Below are positions 9,601-22,770 of a DNA stretch of 64,000 bases, one piece after another. How positions within the stretch are numbered: position 1 is the stretch's first letter; every line of letters begins with the position of its first letter. Under the pieces are notes generated by a model. That model was not told where the DNA came from. It was given only the letters and a program-made list of their open reading frames with translations, and ran no database searches. Source of the stretch: Diadema antillarum (lineage: Eukaryota); the NCBI RefSeq assembly GCF_040938485.1, contig NW_027272187.1, positions 1-64,000 on the forward strand. Direction: 5' to 3'. Both the position numbers and the translations under genes were made by a program.

Positions 9601-12600
9601 CGTCCTGTCCATCTACTGCCTGAAGCGAAGGCGTTCGAATAACACCAGGTTGCTACCGATGTCGGGTCGTGTCAATCGGCAGCTAACCTTACACCTCAGT
9701 CCTATCCAATCAACAAAGTACGCACCACTTGTCTGCTAATTACGTTGGCCATAATGCCCTTGAATACGTCAGGTTCTTTACTTGGAGTGTTCGTAGTAAA
9801 TCAGCAATATAAGATAGTTATGGATAACTAAGTACGTCATGTAAGTAATGTCGTCATAATTTGTCCACTGAGAGTGAGCTTAGCCTAAGAATACAAAGAA
9901 GTTAACAAACATCGACGTCTTGTATTTTAAAATATGATTCTTATCTCATCACTTTAGATTTTTAAAGTAAAACTTTCTCAGCGCGGGGACATTCGCAATA
10001 CATTTCATAACATCAAGAAATATATATTTTGTTGATGTTGTGTTTATATGTTTTATGAAGACACCTCAAGCTCTCAGAGAAACCCCATAAGGAAAAAAAA
10101 AGAATGATAACTTATCGAAAAATAGANNNNNNNNNNNNNNNNNNNNNNNNNNNNNNNNNNNNNNNNNNNNNNNNNNNNNNNNNNNNNNNNNNNNNNNNNN
10201 NNNNNNNNNNNNNNNNNNNNNNNNNNNNNNNNNNNNNNNNNNNNNNNNNNNNNNNNNNNNNNNNNNNNNNNNNNNNNNNNNNNNNNNNNNNNNNNNNNNN
10301 NNNNNNNNNNNNNNNNNNNNNNNNNNNNNNNNNNNNNNNNNNNNNNNNNNNNNNNNNNNNTGCATAAAACACATCAGTGTATGCACATAATCATCAATGA
10401 GATATATTAGATAAATAGCGTGACACCAAGGAGATACAGTGAGTGTACGGAGTTGACACTCTCTTTGAAGGGCGTGTTTGAAATCCTTTGCCCTACTCGC
10501 GCGATATTTACATTGCTTCCATTTTTTTAGTCAAAGACAGAACAAATGTATAACCATTAAAGTACACTGCAGATGATTAGAACTTTGGTGCCATTTGCCT
10601 TTATTTCACAAATTATTTGCGCGGTCATGTTGTTATACAGCATAAAGTTACAATACACTCACTGCCTGAAAAAAATCCAAGTGACATTCATCTGTACTGC
10701 AAGAGCACCGCTACAAGTTATTGTATTGTGATACTAAACAGTTGATAATTTGACCAGTAAGGGCCTTTTGATTTTTTACATCATCGAAAAACGGTACTTA
10801 CAACATTAAAATGGGGCACTGGCGTTGTGTTCAGCTTAGAGGATTTTTTTTCAGTCACGGGTTCTTGGGATAACTCAGTCTCTCTACAAATACCACGACG
10901 TCATCAACTGCTGTTCCATTTACTTTATAGATGAAAGATAAAATCCGTCTGGCGCCTTGCACAACCCACACTGACAGGGTGTCTGCGGGAAAATATTCAT
11001 AAATAATGGCATCTTCAAACAAACTCAAACATAATAATATCTGTTCTGGATATGACTGCGTATATGCTTCAGTTAAGTCGTTAATACGGCTTTCCATGAA
11101 TCGCCTCATTAAAAAAAAATAATTATCATTATTATGGTGCTTTTTTTCTAACGGGATTCTCAGGTCATTTGCTAGTTTGCGTTGCTAAGTCAACGCCACA
11201 AGTCAAACAACATGACAACGAATTTCCTGTGATGCAATCATTATGGTTTCCACAGATGATCACGAGAAAGTACTTTCCCTGTTTTCTAATTAATGATGAC
11301 AGTATTGTCGAAGATGGATATTAAACAACAAGCAGCCACCCGATGGAATCCCCAGACATACAATATATGAGAACCACTAGAATTGCTCTCGCTTTCTCTC
11401 ATGAAAGAAAACCACATCCGAGCTCTGGATATGAGGGAGATGGCGCTTCGTAAAATGTCAGCTAAATTCGGAAGAATATAGTTTATACCGCATGTCAATC
11501 ATCTCTTCCCGTAGACCCACGCACGGATTGTCGTGTCCATCAATATTTATCTTGTATGCCATGCAGTTTCATCATAAGGACAGTTTCTTTGACCACACAA
11601 TCGTGGGAGTAGTTAATTGTGATGTACAAGTGACAAGCGCTGCGACTCTCTATTTCGCAAATTTTACTATATTCTGTTCTCAAAACCTACAAGTAGTCTC
11701 TGCCGGAATATGATTACGGTACTTCTGTCAAATTGCCCGTGTACATACATTGAACTAGTTACTTTTCTTTACAGCTCAAACTTGTAGACCGTGTTTTCGT
11801 GGATGTATGCATAATGCTATGAATAAGCAAATACTCCCATGTGTAACCTTGTTGTTGTTGTTGTTGTTATCTTCCTTTTTTTGGGGGGGGGGGGGAACAA
11901 AGTATCATGAACCAAATATTACAAAGTCTAAATGATAACCTGCTAAATGTTTCCCTCACTTTTTAGAATCATAAAACACTTTAGGAAAGACAATTATTGT
12001 CACCTGATAATTCCTTGATAGCCCTCTCTTAGCAAGTATCTGGCAGGGGATTTCTGTATGCCTATATCATATTCATATATAGGGCCTATATAAACACATT
12101 GTATTGGTACCATGCGTAAATGTATGTGTAAATGGAAATGAAATAAATGAAATGAAGTGAGTGAAATGATATGTTAAGTGACTGATTTACTACTGATTAT
12201 GATACATTTTATGTTATTGTATATCATCTTTTGATGTTCATCTGATTTTGTGGGTTTTTTTTTGTTCTTGGGTTAAACTGAAAAATAAATAAAAATGATC
12301 AATAACAAGATATACCAACAATATCACACATGATATCTCTGTATAATGCGTAAAAAAGTTCAGAATCTTTATACTTCTCCCTCTCTCTCTGGCTCCGTAG
12401 CTCTTTTCTGTTGGCCGGGGAGAGATTGTGCGTGAGCAGTTACAGGTATTTTTACGCGACTCTTTAAGCCGTTTTCTGCCGTCAATTACTAATGACATCA
12501 CCACAGTCTGTTCATTGATTCTCGGGCTTTTTGTCTACAAAGCCGCGTTTGAATAATAGGACAGTCCACTCTTACCCCTTTCCTGCCTCTTTCGCAGGTG

Positions 12601-15600
12601 CGGTGCGCTGTTCAAAGGGCTGCGAGCCCTCTCCAGCGTGTGTTTGTGTAGTTAGTGTGTATGTGCATAATGTGTATGGTGCATTCGTGTGCGTGTATAC
12701 AGCATTTGGAATGCATGACACTTACAGTAACTCCTGTTAAGTTTCGACGTTATGAGGGGCTAACTGTTGCTCTTGAGCGTCCGATCCTGTGGTGTTTGTC
12801 GCCGAATGGACGTGACCAAACATCGTGGAAATGACTGAGTGAGTGTGAAACTCGTATTTTAGACCTATAAATCTCCTGATGATCACATCCAAAAGATAAG
12901 TTGGTTGAAAGTGATCCCTGCTTGCAGCGTGGTAGTACAATGATACTGTACACACCTTCCGGACGTTGTAGGTCTGTAGTGCATTTGGGAATATAAACCC
13001 CTGCTGTGGCAATATTTGTGATTGTTTTCATGCAGAATTATCATGTAAGAGTCACGTTATCAGGTATTCCCAGTTACTCATTTGTGACAATTTGCAGCTA
13101 TCCAATGTATTATACATGCATTAAGTCTCTCTACATGGACCCTTTGCTATAATAGTCACCCATTCCATTCAGGACGTGCGGGGCTGTTCACCATGTTTGC
13201 ATTCGCTTTGCACCCGGAAGTGTGCAGCACGCTTTACCCGCACAACGGCGGTATGCCTGTATCCGCTCCGTGTCCTACGGGGAAGAAATGGGCCGTGAAG
13301 GGTCAGATATAATTCAATTCCACGCCTGCTTTCATCATCACGTTAAAAGTGAATGATAATGGATTTCTAACATGCATTTCATCCAAAATTAACACTTCCG
13401 CGTCATCTCGGCAGTCTCGTCAGATTTCAGTTAAGGGGTTGGTGTCTACAATGCTGTATGAGGCGGACAGTACGCCTACGTGTATCGTTTATACTTAATT
13501 GTAGGAGTGGATAATGCCGGCAGTGAACATACTTGTATCATCAATGTTTCCCTTTGTTTTGTACGTGGGAAAACATTAAAAATAACTCAGTTGCCGTGAC
13601 CTTCCACTGTCTGCCTTTGCAAAATGATTTGAGAATGATCTTTGTGATAGAAAATTTAAAATCTAAGACAACTCAGTGTCATAATCGACCACTGCACGGA
13701 CACAAAAGTCATCCGGCATTGACAAAAAAAATTATAACACTTGGGTCTCACGTAAGTACACGTAGGGACAAAGTTTACTTTTCTCCCATGCCCTCACAGA
13801 CGCATTTTCATGATCACGCCAGTACATTCACAGCATTTCATATTCAAACAAATTGAGAGTAGGCCTACCACTCACGTATTGTGACATGCAGTCCTTATAG
13901 TTTGTCGTAGGGCGCTATACATGTATGCATGTCATGTTTACATACTAATGCAATGAGGCACAATTCTTACCTCCATATCAAATTTTAAAATTAAATGATT
14001 CGTGCATTTTGATACACTGGAAGAAAACGCCAAAATACAAAACGCTAAGAACCTCAGTCACTGATGGGCGGAAAGGCAATTATTTTCTCGACCTGTTTCT
14101 TTACAAGTTATGTAAGAGCTTAACACGGTCGGGGCTAATTTGGCTACAATCCTGCGTGTGATGTGGGAGCAGTTGCGATGGGTAATGATGGGCCTAGTCA
14201 TCTAGTGATCATTCAGTATATGATAATGGTGAAAGATGAGAGGTGTTGCCTTTATTTAGTCGCGGAAATCTGGCGGCTTTCCGGATATTTCTTTTGAATC
14301 ACGCCCTGTTACTTTTCCAAAGTTGCTGGAATAACACCATGCACTATATTTCGACACAATTACACGAATGAGTTACGTATGTCTCCTTCTCGCGGCTCAG
14401 TGATCTTGACGTATTAAAGTGATAGTTGCGACTTGAGGTTTCAAGTCCCCCGCGGAATCAATTCGACACGCCCTCAAAGTCGCGCTCCTCAGATCTTAGC
14501 CGCTGTTGCCTGGACGCCGCTAATCATATAATTTAGAGGAAGTAAATTGTCTTGAAGCTTAGATGTATGAACGATAACGGTTGTCCTTGGGATTGAAAAT
14601 TGCATCCCTGATACGCGGGAGGCCGGACACACTTCTGCCTCACATGTAGGCCCCTAACCGGAGACTTCCATTACTGATTTTGTCTATACACCGCTCTAAG
14701 GACCATCTTTTGAAAATGCCACCGACCAGGCATATCGTGTACACAATACATAAAGACAGAAAAATTTACGGTTACTCGCAATTTCAATTCTGTCGGTCAC
14801 AAAGATTAGAATACGCGGAGCACGAGACTACGCCTGTAGCTCGTATACAGCCACCACCTGTTTTATAACCCCAACTAATTAGATATCAGATGGGTTAGCA
14901 AAAATGCAAGAACAGTTTTCACCACTTACACTTTTTTCACGTCATTATGACAATTATGACGTTAGCAATGAGTGTCTGCTTCGTACACGTTATGACAAAA
15001 TGCGGCATGCAAACAACGGTTTATTGCAGCCATAGTTTACAGTGATCTGTGGTAGCATGATTGACTGCCACTCACTTGGTTGTTTACCTACGTTTCGACT
15101 TTAATCCTTTTAATAATTGAGGGTAGGTCCCTACCTATCTAACAGTGAGTTTAGATGATAGCATGCATGAATATTTGTCTTCGTGTATGTACACAATTCC
15201 TGTCAGTCATTTTAAGGCTTGAAGTGAAATCGATGGAGGAAAACCTCTAACTTCAAATGACATCCGTAACTAAAATAAAATGTAATTGAATATATTCAAT
15301 CGACGAAAAATGTGCTCGATAAATTTCTACACTGATGTTATTCATTTGGATTTGATATCGATAAGTGTATCAAAATGTTTTGAGCTAAAAAAAAGTATGA
15401 TTTATCTTACAGTGTACGTTCGTCGTTGCTATTGTGTAGAGTTTTAACGTTTGATAATTAATCTTTGGTAGAGGTACAATATACCCAAAATATTGCCCTG
15501 TCATCGTGTTGCTGCTGCATCTTTGATATTCTCGTAGTCTTCTTTGGAATTGACTGTAGGTCATCATTATGATAATGTAAGTAATGTAGTAACATCATCA

Positions 15601-16509
15601 TTTCTGTTGAATAATATTGTATTATCCTGTTAAACACATCTATGAGTATAAAGGCATTGTGTGTAGCTGTTGACATACAGTCAAACCTGCCTAATTCGTC
15701 TCCGCACGTGGCGATGTATCAGCTAAAGTGAAGAAAGCTTCTACCTCGGATAGATTATGTAGACATGTGTAAATCATATTGTGTAAGTTGAAATTCTCAT
15801 CTATGTAAGCTGAAGGATGTTCTCCTGTCCCTTTGGATTCGACTTAGGTGAGGTTGACTGTATCTCAAAAACAAAAACAGAACAAAAGATAGATAAGAGG
15901 AAGAAAATCACAGTCGTGATCTGTGATATGAGAAGAAGTGTATGTATTCCTTGCGCTCCCTGCATCTGTGATGTGTTGCCGAAGTTGTTTTGATTAGCTG
16001 ACGTCGCTGCTTGACCGTCGAATAATTCTTAATTTGATTAGCTCTTTCATATTGTATATGGCTCCACTTAAAAAGATGTTTTTCGAGAAGTAATACCGGA
16101 AAGTGCTTGAATATGCCGTAAACACTAATTTTATGTACCAGATTAAAATTCAACAAGGGTTTAGCGCCAAACCTGAGTGCAAAAAGAAAAGTGGACGCTA
16201 ATCCCTACTTTTTTTAATCTGTGCGGTGAGACGTCAAATGTTCAACAGGAAAATAAGGTCTCAGAGCCCTTATTGACCTTTTTTGAAAGCTTTGAAAGGT
16301 AATTAGTGTGTATGTTTTAAGCCACCCAGCGATGTAGGGTACCATTTCTAACCATAGTCACTGCAGGTGTCAATGGCTGACTATTCATTGTTGACCAACT
16401 CTGCAATGAACACTCTCAAGAGGAACCCTATCAAGATTCCAACATATCCAACACTTCTGAGATTTTTAATAATAAATTATGTACTATAATATCTGATGTC
16501 TTATTGCAG

Positions 16510-16807
16510 GCCGAGATGACGTCGTCAGAGAATGGACGTCAAGTCACTGAACTCGAGCTCTCGGACCTTGCGGAGAAGATTGACGTGGATGGATGGCGGA
16601 AGCTCGGGCTGTGGCTGGACATCCGCGAGGCGGCACTGTCCAAGTATGAGCGGGAGAACTGGTTCTCGGGTGCTGCCAGCACGGGAACATACAAGATGCT
16701 TTGTGACTGGAAGAAAAACTGCCCGGAAGCCGACCAAAGGCAAGCTCTGACCACCGCCCTCCAAAGATGTGAATTGGGCCATTTAGCCAGGGAGGTTCTG
16801 AAAGAAT
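16510..16807 (+). CDS. NLR exon encoding an N-terminal DEATH domain
   Basis: ELSDLAEKIDVDGWRKLGLWLDI...TYKMLCDWKK...QALTTALQRCELGHLAREV is a canonical death-fold pattern. Acceptor TTGCAG| at 16509, donor T|GTAAGT at 16807. Confidence 0.9.
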
Positions 16808-19800
16808 GTAAGTTGTCAGTGGTTTTGTCATGTAGTACAGTGTACTAAACTAATTCATGTTGAAATTCAGAAATATCCAGAAGAGTAATATTCAGACTTT
16901 TTAAAATCAAATACTCTGTGGTTATATCATAAATGAAGTGTTCCAGGAATTATGTTGGCTGTTTACGTGAAAAAAATAGTTTGCAATGTTCACATCATTG
17001 CGACTCTAAATAAAAAAAAGTTCCATCATAACTAAAGAAACTTGATATCTTAACTGTACGTATAACATTACGCTCTCATATACCAAAACTATAATCACGT
17101 AGAAGAATATTCATATGTTAGCACCAAGTTTAAGGCTATAACATCTGTTGGCAAATATCTTCATAGCAATACCCCTGCCTATATCAGTGAACTCATCACG
17201 CCGTATAAGCCTGGTCGTAATCAAAGTCAAACTATCTCCTCTCTAAAAAATAAGTGTGGAATTCAAGACATTCGATGATAAGGCTTTTGGAAACATGGCA
17301 CCATTATTATTGAACAAACTCCCTCTAGACATTAGATGTATTACAAATTTCGATAAATTCAAGTCTGTATTAAAATTGATCTTTTGATAACTATTGATTA
17401 TGTTGTATATACATATTGACATTTGTTGAATTGATTGCAAAATCTTGTGACAAATCTTGTGACATTATGCGTTTCTAAGAATGGAATATTATTAGCATTA
17501 CCACCCTTGCACTGTCTTTGGCTTTCAAACAGCACCTCGAGGAATTTATGGACCTGAAATAGCACCCATCAGAAACCAACTGATCTCGTACGCTAAGTCG
17601 AAGCTATTACGAGTTCCACTAATCCCATGGGCGAAGACAAGCTACATTCAGATCGATGCAATTTTCATATCTGTCCAACTCGTCCTTCACGTCAGTGGTC
17701 CGGACATACCAGTCAGGTATCCTCTTGACTCCTACAACGACATTCTGACGGAAACCGTTTCCGATGGGTCCTGGGAGTTATCTTCAACTCGCTTCGTCGT
17801 GAGAGGCAAAGCCGGTAGTGGGAAAACCACACTCATGATTAAGCTCCTCTCTGACTGGTGTAGGCAGATAGCAGGTTCTGTTCTAGCCAAATACAAGTTG
17901 GTTTTCTACTTGCCGATGCGGAAACTGACTTTCCAAAGTAACCTCGGGGAGTCCATTGTGAAACATTGTCTTCCTCGAGATGCTAGGATAAGTGCCCAAG
18001 AAGTTGAGCAGATTTGCCACAATAATGCCGAGAGCGTCTTTGTTCTTCTAGACGGCTACGACGAGTTCCCAGGAAAGGGTCTCGAAGGCGATGATGCTGG
18101 AAATATCGTCGGCATGCTCCGCAATGAGGAGTTCATCGAGCTTCCGGTGCTAGTTACAACTCGTCCTGGGAGGCTGGACGACTTCCAGGAGTTTGGCGAG
18201 TTTAAGCACTTAGAAGTCACCGGGTTCACACAGAAGCATGTGGAGGAGTATATCCACAACACCTTCACAGGAACGCGGCAACAGATTGGCACCAACCTTT
18301 ATGCGTATCTGGATGGAAATAACCTGCTGAGTGAAGTCGCCTCTGTTCCATTGCTTCTTTGTGCTTTTTGTCAAGTGGCAAAACGAACGGATGGAATCGA
18401 CTTTGGCAAGCTTTCTACATACACAGCTCTGTTCGAAAGACTAGTGAAGTGCTTCTTCCAGCATGAACTTGCAAAACCAAAAGTAGTTGGAGGTGCCCAT
18501 TCTCCTCTCAGCGATTCAAGCAATGATCGTATCTCAATCATGAGTGAGGAGTTTCTCTTCGACCAACTGGGGAAGGTTGCTTTGATGGGTTTCTTCAGAG
18601 AAATGGACGGGGAACTGCTCTTCAGTGAAGACGATTTCACCAAATGTTGCAAGTCTCCTCGTGAGGTGATTGAGAAAGGATGCTTGGCTGGGTTGCTGAC
18701 TAGAGATGATGATGTCAATGCGGATCCGTGGGAAGATGAGGCTGAACTAAGACTGATATCCTTTGTTCTCAAGACTGTGCAGGAAATGTTTGCTGGAAGA
18801 TATTTGGCGAGACTTGTGAAGCAGGGAGAACTGGATATAGTCCAATATTACCTGGAAATGGCGAATTCCGTCCAACGAGTCTGCGATCTAGGCAATGTCC
18901 TTATGTTTGCATGTGGCCAGTCGATGGAAACAGCGAACGAAGTCATTCCCCGTGTTGTAAGATTGATAGTCGACGAGGAGGGACAATCTTTTCAGAAATA
19001 CTGGAATGGGCAACTGCACATCCATGAATGTAGAAGGGTCCAGGAAATAGCGGAACTCTGTTTGAATCTCAATTATGAGAGCCAGTGCGAAGGGAAATTC
19101 AACGAATGCCTGCAACCGCTGTTCAGTAATATTCGTCTGTTCTCTCCCACGCAACGTACAGCCAAGACGCTAGGTTACCTCCTTCAGCACTCTGACCCAA
19201 CTAAGATTATCAGCAAGGACAGCCCAGACAGGCGTCCCAGTAGAGGAACCCTCTTTCCGGAGACCACGAGCACAGATGTCCAACCGTCATCGCGCGATGA
19301 AGTGGACAGCAGGAGCACATGCCGCGATAATCCTGCTGAGGCCCAACTCTCGACGAACGCTCGTCTTAATGTGGACGCATTGGAAATCATACACATGAAC
19401 AAAATGTTTGACGACCAATTTCGGCTGCTCAGAGACTTCTTACCCCAGGCAAAGAGAGACTTCTTTCAGAAGGTCAATCATCTGTCGTTAAATGAGACAA
19501 GTTGGTCGACAATTCGACAGAAGCTGACAAAGCGGAATCCAGATGAGTTTGAGTACATTGATCACCTGTCTGATAATCAGTTTTTGGCCTACCTCCCATT
19601 GAAAGAAGAGTTGAAAAAGTGGCAAGTTAACTCAATTTACCTTAATGTGGTGCTTAATGGACTAAGGTACTGTTCTGTGAAAACGCTTGTTATCACTGGC
19701 ATTTCTCAAGAATGTAAGAAGTGGAGAGATCTCTTTGAATCGATGGAGTCGCCGGACTGGAGGAAGCTGGTGAAGCTGGATCTCAGTCGCAACAACATTC

Positions 19801-22770
19801 CGTCGAGCCATATGAGTCTTCTTGCCAGAGTGCTCCATGACAAGCCCAATCTGAAACATCTCGACGTCAGCGGCAATGTGGTGAACAGCAGTTTCGTTTC
19901 CATCCTGCCAGATCTCCCAAATCTTCGTCGCATCTACCTGAACTCCGAGCAAATGGAGCCACAGACGCTGGCTGACTTCGGCGCGCGACTTTCTGGATTT
20001 CCTATGATGGAGGTTATTGACCTCAACGACAACCCCCTGGATGACTCCGCTGCTGCTGAGATAGGTGATGGACTTCTCTCCTGTCCTCATTTAGGCCGCC
20101 TCCGACTCGATCTGCGTGGAGTCAGTGATGGTGGCATAAAACGCTTGGCCGCAAAGATCAAGTTTGTACGATCACTGACACACCTGGGCCTATACAAGCA
20201 TCGGAATGGGGATGAGCTCGTCAAGAGCATCACATCAACACTGGCACATCTACCAAAACTGATCTCACTTTCACTCACTGGCAAAGTTGATGAGGATCCC
20301 AGTAAGTATGTATATGAAGTCATTTATACAGCATCAGCAGAAACTTTAAGGCATTCATGGTTGAATCAGTTTTTCTTCCGAAAAGCAAAGAGTCTGAACC
20401 TTTGACCTCTATAAGTACCCTTGGACTCTGAAAGACAGTTTTATATGCAAAGATTAAGGTTAAAGGGGTCGTAAAGTTTTGGTTGAGACCTAATTTCAGG
20501 TTTCTAACATTTTTTGGTGAGATAATGAGAAACCTCTTATGAAATATGAAAGAGCATGAAATTCTATGAGGAGTTCAATGTTTATTTGATGAAAATTGGT
20601 TTTGAAATGGCTGAGATATCCAAAAAAGAGCGATTCTTATGAAGTGTGGGACCCACACTTTATTACGATCTCTTTGCTTTTCTTTGTTTTTGGATGTTTC
20701 AGTCATTCCAAACCCGATTTTCATCAAATAAACTTTGAATTCCTCTTAAAATGGTATGCTCTGTACTATACCATAAGTGTTTTCTTGGTATCTCGCAAAA
20801 AGTTAAAAGCGAAATTCTCATCTCCACCAATACTGTACCTTCCCTTGAACTGGTACTGACATAACATTATTTTTCAAATGATTCATACTGATTCCAACTG
20901 ATGCAAATTGATTGCATTATGTATGTAGTCCGTTGGTCATATTCCTTTCTATTGTTTAATACGTAGAGGCATATCCTGTTCGGAAAGAATGAGTGGTTAC
21001 TTTCGTTAACGAAATGCAGTTTGATAAAAGAGTTACCTTCAGAGCAGTAAAGTAGATTTTAGTGTACCAGTATATGTTATTGTTTTTGTCTTTAACCAAT
21101 TTCTGGGCTGTACTTTGTAGAATCTGGCTTGAAGTTTGCTAGTCTAAGTGATTCAAAGATGTCTCAATTTTATATGTTTTTTTTTTCTTAGAAAGACATA
21201 TCAATCGTGTTTCCTGACATCAGGTTGCAAATGTCCGCCTGCTTTTCTTTTCTACCTCAATGTCTAAATAGCCGAAGACGCCCTGTCTGTGCGCTTAGCG
21301 ACTATCCAGTCATTCACACGAGCCGTCACATCCTTGCAACATATAGAGGTCATTGAACTGTTTCACCTAAAGCCCTGCGGCAAAGGTTTCATGGCGCTCC
21401 TGTCAGCACTTGAGGGAGTGACGTCTCTCAGAGAATTCAGGTATACTTACATGTATATATTGTACTCTTCAGATCTACAGATCTTGGATACGTCGTCATG
21501 AATACCACAAATACGTGTTGAATGCATGTTACTTGGTGAAGGAAATAAATGTATCCTGTCTATGTGAATATAATATATTGCCAACCTCTCCAAAAATCAG
21601 CCCTGCATAAGTCGAACAATTGCCTAGGTCGCAGAAATACTCTACCCCAGGGGGATATGAACATGATATCAATTCTACTGTATAAGTAGAAATTCACGTT
21701 TAAGTAGGAGTACTTTTTTTTTTGGTCCCCTTGAATTCGAATCATATAATTGAGATTGACGGCAGATTTATATTGACCTTTTAAAATATGACAAGTTTCT
21801 GTCTGGCGCTTCGTAACCAAACCTGATTACGCAGTACGTGTCACTATTAATAAATTCTTCGAATTGATTTTTCTTTTTTATCCTCAAAGTTGCACTATAC
21901 TTCCCTGAAAGTGTTCTATGGAGGTGAGGTATCCTGTTCAAATCGTCCTAGAAATCAAGTTTGTATTTTGACAATGTGAGGACTGAATTTAAGTCTCAGG
22001 CAGAAAAAAAAAGGTCGATAGTGTGATTCTTCATAGTTGTAATATGATACCATTTACTAAATAACTTGTTCTAAGACGCAGTTAAGTTCATTTTCACAGC
22101 AGTAAGCAATTTCCCAATTTTCACACGAAATTACTTCACCTTTAGAATATACAAAGTGGAAGTATGAAATATTTAAAGTTTTAAAGGAGCTTTAAAGGTA
22201 CGATATTGATGTGTACGGTAAATGATTATTATGAGTAGTTCAGAACCAGGAAGACAAACCACCTTTGAGCTTCGATGGTTTTCCTCCTCTTTTTTTAGGG
22301 TTGCCGGTAACTGCCTGCCAGAAGACCAGGAAGTGGAGGAACTGTGCAGAACGGCCCAGCAGTCATTTCTGAAGGTTTACTAGTTTGTCAGTACCAGTAC
22401 ACTGGCCCTTTGATACCCCCCCCCCCCCCCCCCCCCCTCATCGTATCTAACAGACTTGGCCCTCTAAAGGTAGGCCCTATCGATATAGCTACTCCGACGG
22501 AGCTGGAGTTCTGAAAATGCGCGTGGCCATGGATGAGACGCAATCGTATTGGTTACATACAATCTCCTTACGCAAATCTTAATGTTTAGAGGTAAGTCTG
22601 TAGCCCTTGTTGGATATTTCTAGTCCCGTGAGTTGTAGCCTGTCATGCAGTAAACGTAAACACTTGACAGTTTGAAATCATCGTGTATCAAATCCCGGCA
22701 AACGCATACAAATTTATGCATACCCTTTGTCTTTTCCATTTACACTCAGGAAGTGCAATGTAGTAGGTAA
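16516..22770 (+). CDS. NOD-like receptor, DEATH-NACHT-LRR (about 1108 aa)
   Basis: Exons 16510/16516-16807, 17533-20301, 21272-21440, 22299-22374 and 22750-22770 (TAA); junction phases 1,1,2,0 are consistent. The start codon and last exon are less certain. Confidence 0.85.
17533..20301 (+). CDS. NLR large exon: NACHT NTPase plus ribonuclease-inhibitor-type LRRs
   Basis: Walker A GKAGSGKT, Walker B VFVLLDGYDE, sensor-1 LVTTRP, HD1 VPLLL, WHD SFVLKTVQEMFAG. LRRs include LVKLDLSRNNI, LKHLDVSGNVV, LRRIYLNSE, MEVIDLNDNPL, LGRLRLDL and LTHLGLY. The frame is open from the acceptor at 17532 to the donor A|GTAAGT at 20301. Confidence 0.93.
20460..20849 (+). mobile_element. Kolobok-like TTAA MITE, family A copy 2 (NLR intron)
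   Basis: TTAAAGGGGTCGTAAAGTTTTGGTTGAGACC ... CCAATACTGTACCTTCCCTTGAA; homologous to 4008-4397. Confidence 0.85.

Noticed and set aside
12380-13310. Plus-strand acceptor/donor-like sites that might be upstream NLR exons
   Set aside because: No recognisable domain and no coherent frame linking to 16510.
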